Positions 18,621 through 21,217 of a DNA stretch of 21,217 nucleotides are shown here, piece after piece. The position numbers and the translations under genes were made by a program. The stretch is from Ignavibacteriota bacterium (GTDB lineage Bacteria > Bacteroidota > Ignavibacteria > UBA10030 > CAVZMI01), in NCBI GenBank assembly GCA_963776275.1, contig CAVZMI010000004.1:1-21217 (forward strand), read 5' to 3'. The first letter of the stretch is position 1; every line of letters starts with the position of its first letter. The notes under the pieces were generated by a model that did no database searches, was not told the DNA's origin, and saw only the letters and a list, made by a program, of their open reading frames with translations.

Positions 18621-18907
18621 CCCTTCGACTCGTCCCGACAGAGTCGGGACTCGCTCAGGGTGCCACCCTTCGACTCGTCCCGACAGAGTCGGGACTCGCT
18701 CAGGGTGCCACCCTTCGACTTGATCTCGGCGAGGGCCTCGGGTGAACCTCGGCCGAATCCCTCAGTCGAGCTTCTCAGGGTAAACCCTTCGACAAGCTCA
18801 GGGTAAACCCTTCGACAAGCTCAGGGTAAACCCTTCGACAAGCTCAGGGTAAACCCTTCGACAAGCTCAGGGTAAACCCTTCGACAAGCTCAGGGTAAAC
18901 CCTTCGA
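18621..18907. repeat. Tandem cluster of CCCTTCGAC..CTCAGGG REP-like units
   Basis: Two identical 45-bp units (18621-18710), one 74-bp unit (18711-18784), five identical 23-bp units CCCTTCGACAAGCTCAGGGTAAA (18785-18899) and a partial unit to 18907. Confidence 0.95.
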
Positions 18908-18952
18908 TGAATTTGGAGTAGACTTTTTCTTTATATTAATAAAGAACAGACA

Positions 18953-19755
18953 TTGTTAATCGACTATCATACACATACAAAATTCTGTAAACACGGCGAT
19001 GGGCAACTGTTGACGATTATATTGAGTATGGAATTCAGTTAGGACTGAAAGAAATCGGTTCTTCCGAGCATATTCCGATGCCCGATCAATTCGATGTTCA
19101 GCATCGTATGAATATGGAAGAATTTCTTGGAATCTATAAGCCAAGCTTCTTTCGTGCGAAAGAAAAGTTCAGCAAACAGATAACCGTCAAATGGGGGATA
19201 GAGGCGGAGTTTTATCCGGGGACTGAATCGTACATCCGGCATTTTTCCGATACCCATTCGTTCGATTATGTCATCGGGTCTGTCCATTTCCTCGGAGAGT
19301 GGGGATTCGATAATCCGAAGTATGTCTGGAAATATGATATGCGGAATATCGATGAGATATATGAGGAGTATTTCTCCGCCGTGGTGGCATCTGCGCGTTC
19401 AGGACTATTCGATATCATCGGTCATTGCGATCTTGTAAAAAAGTTTGGTCACCGTCCGACCCGGAATTTCGAAGAAATTTATCGTGAAATAATGAATGTG
19501 ATCAAGAAGAACGATCTGTGCATTGAAATTAATACATCAGGACTGCGTAAGCCGGCTGTAGAGATTTATCCGAGCACGCCGATACTTGCGCTTGCGAAAG
19601 AATACCGGATTCCACTGACCCTCGGTTCCGATGCCCATCGACCAGAGGATGTCGGACGGGATTTCGATATAGCATATCCATTGCTCCTGGAATATGGAAA
19701 TGGAAAGATTGCGACATTTTCGCAACGGGAGCGGACGATGGTAAAACTGAAATAA
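18953..19755 (+). CDS. PHP-family histidinol-phosphatase-like protein (frameshift near 19000)
   Basis: TTG start gives MLIDYHTHT..C.H. The downstream frame has G..EIG.SEH.P, GIEAE, DYVIGSVH, IIGH.D, EINTSG and GSDAH. Confidence 0.85.
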
Positions 19756-19783
19756 TCCTTTTCCAAAGAAAAGAGCAGAATCC

Positions 19784-20851
19784 GTGAAAGCACTCATAGC
19801 AAGTGGTGGTCGGGGAACGCGGCTGCGTCCTATTACGCACACTCAAAATAAGCACCTTATCCCCATCGCAAACAAACCGATTCTTCATTATGCAATCGAG
19901 GCGGCACGTAATGCGGGAATCAAGGAGATCGGTATTGTTCATAATTCCGATAGCAGGGAGGTTCCGTTGGCCATCGGCGATGGAAGCCGGTGGGGAGTGA
20001 AAGTCACATACATCCAGCAGGAAAAACCGGGAGGACTGGCGCAGGTTGTTGCAATCGCTGAACCTTTTATCGGTAAAGAGAATTTCGTATTTTATCTCGG
20101 CGATAATATGGTGGTCGGAGGAATTCGGAGATTTATCGACGAGTTTGAAAAAAGTAAATGTAATTGCTTCCTCACGCTTGCAAAGGTCAAAGATCCGGAA
20201 CGTTTTGGAGTGCCGGAGATTGTGAATAACCGGATTGTCGGAGTTGTCGAAAAGCCAAAACAACCCAAAAGCCAGTTTGCAGTTGCCGGCATCTATATTT
20301 ACGATTTCCATATCTTTGAAGCTGTAAAGAACCTGAAACCGAGTGATCGAGGTGAACTTGAAATCTCCGATGCTCATCAATATCTTATTGATAAGGGGTA
20401 TGCTGTAGGGTACAGCGAGATTACCGGCTGGTGGAAGGATACCGGAAAACCGGTCGATCTCCTCGAAGCAAATCGGCTTGTACTCGACAACATAGCACCG
20501 GCAATCCATGGTGAAGTTGACACCCATTCCACTATCGCGGGTAAGGTAATCATCGAAAAAGGGACAAAGATTATCAATAGTGTGGTACGGGGTCCGGTCA
20601 TTATCGGAAAGAACTGCATTATCGAAAATAGTTATATCGGACCATTCACAGCGATTGGCGATCAAACGGTTGTTAAGTCCAGCGAAGTGGAATTCAGTAT
20701 TGTACTGCGAGATTGTAAAATTCTCCATGTAGGGATTAGGATTGAGGGAAGCATCCTCGGTAATGATGTCGAAATAGTTGAGGCGAATGGAAAGCCTCAC
20801 GTGCACCGTTTCATGATCGGCGATCAGAGCAGAGTCGAAATAGCAAGCTAA
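19784..20851 (+). CDS. rmlA: Glucose-1-phosphate thymidylyltransferase, long form
   Basis: GG.GTRLRPITHT..K.LIP.ANKP, YLGDN, S.RGELEI, WWKDTG, and a C-terminal beta-helix repeat. Confidence 0.9.
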   Translation: MKALIASGGRGTRLRPITHTQNKHLIPIANKPILHYAIEAARNAGIKEIGIVHNSDSREVPLAIGDGSRWGVKVTYIQQEKPGGLAQVVAIAEPFIGKENFVFYLGDNMVVGGIRRFIDEFEKSKCNCFLTLAKVKDPERFGVPEIVNNRIVGVVEKPKQPKSQFAVAGIYIYDFHIFEAVKNLKPSDRGELEISDAHQYLIDKGYAVGYSEITGWWKDTGKPVDLLEANRLVLDNIAPAIHGEVDTHSTIAGKVIIEKGTKIINSVVRGPVIIGKNCIIENSYIGPFTAIGDQTVVKSSEVEFSIVLRDCKILHVGIRIEGSILGNDVEIVEANGKPHVHRFMIGDQSRVEIAS

Positions 20852-20911
20852 GTGTACACTCAGTGTTCTATGCAGACTCATTGCTACTTCAGCCATAGAG
20901 GAAGTTTGGCT

Positions 20912-21217
20912 ATGGAATACAAAAATATTATCGTCAATATCCATGATCGTCTTGCTACCGTAACAATCAATCGTCCGGATAAGCTCAATGCATTGAACGA
21001 GGAGATCAAAACTGAGCTTGAGGAGGTTTTCATATCGTTTGTTGAAAATAAGGATGTCGGTGCAGTTATTCTGACGGGTGCTGGCGAAAAGGCTTTCGTG
21101 GCGGGGGCCGATATCGTCGAATTGGCTTCTCTTACCGTCGAATCGGGAAAAGAATTCGCACGGAAAGGACAGGAATTATATTCGCTCATTGAGAACCTCG
21201 GGAAACCGGTGATTGCC
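20912..21217 (+). CDS. Enoyl-CoA hydratase/crotonase family protein (runs off window end)
   Basis: ATG at 20912 after GAGG; translates ATVTINRPDKLNALN...VILTGAGEKAFVAGADI...KPVIA. Confidence 0.92.
   Translation, partial: MEYKNIIVNIHDRLATVTINRPDKLNALNEEIKTELEEVFISFVENKDVGAVILTGAGEKAFVAGADIVELASLTVESGKEFARKGQELYSLIENLGKPVIA

Noticed and set aside
18621-18907. CRISPR array
   Set aside because: Units are contiguous or duplicated with no unique spacers of regular length, and there are no cas genes in the window.
19529-20944. 471-aa minus-strand ORF
   Set aside because: Antisense shadow of the thymidylyltransferase gene, with no recognisable motifs.

Overview
Bacterial chromosomal window. Gene content (DUF3109, PorT-like beta-barrel, rpoN-hslVU, GH3) suggests a Bacteroidota/Ignavibacteria-like host, which is inference. 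Bases 1-~3976 are the distal end of an integron-type gene-cassette array: four co-oriented single-gene cassettes (methyltransferase-like membrane protein, DJ-1/PfpI lipoprotein, HEPN-domain protein, secreted DinB protein) separated by five attC-type sites, with no integrase in the window. One attC is a canonical 123-bp site. The other four belong to one family whose complete copies reach ~290-360 bp because short REP-like palindromes, some nested, have inserted into them, several inside the L boxes. Removing the inserts from the two complete copies leaves alignable 157- and 158-bp cores. The rest is mostly housekeeping: DUF4272, GNAT, hslU, hslV, rpoN, DUF3109, dprA, glmM, flavodoxin-like, beta-barrel and GH3 on the minus strand, then amrA, amrB, a palindromic tandem-repeat cluster, a PHP phosphatase, long-form glucose-1-P thymidylyltransferase and a partial enoyl-CoA hydratase on the plus strand. 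Five genes carry small frameshifts that probably reflect sequencing error. All calls are from manual motif recognition; no searches were run.
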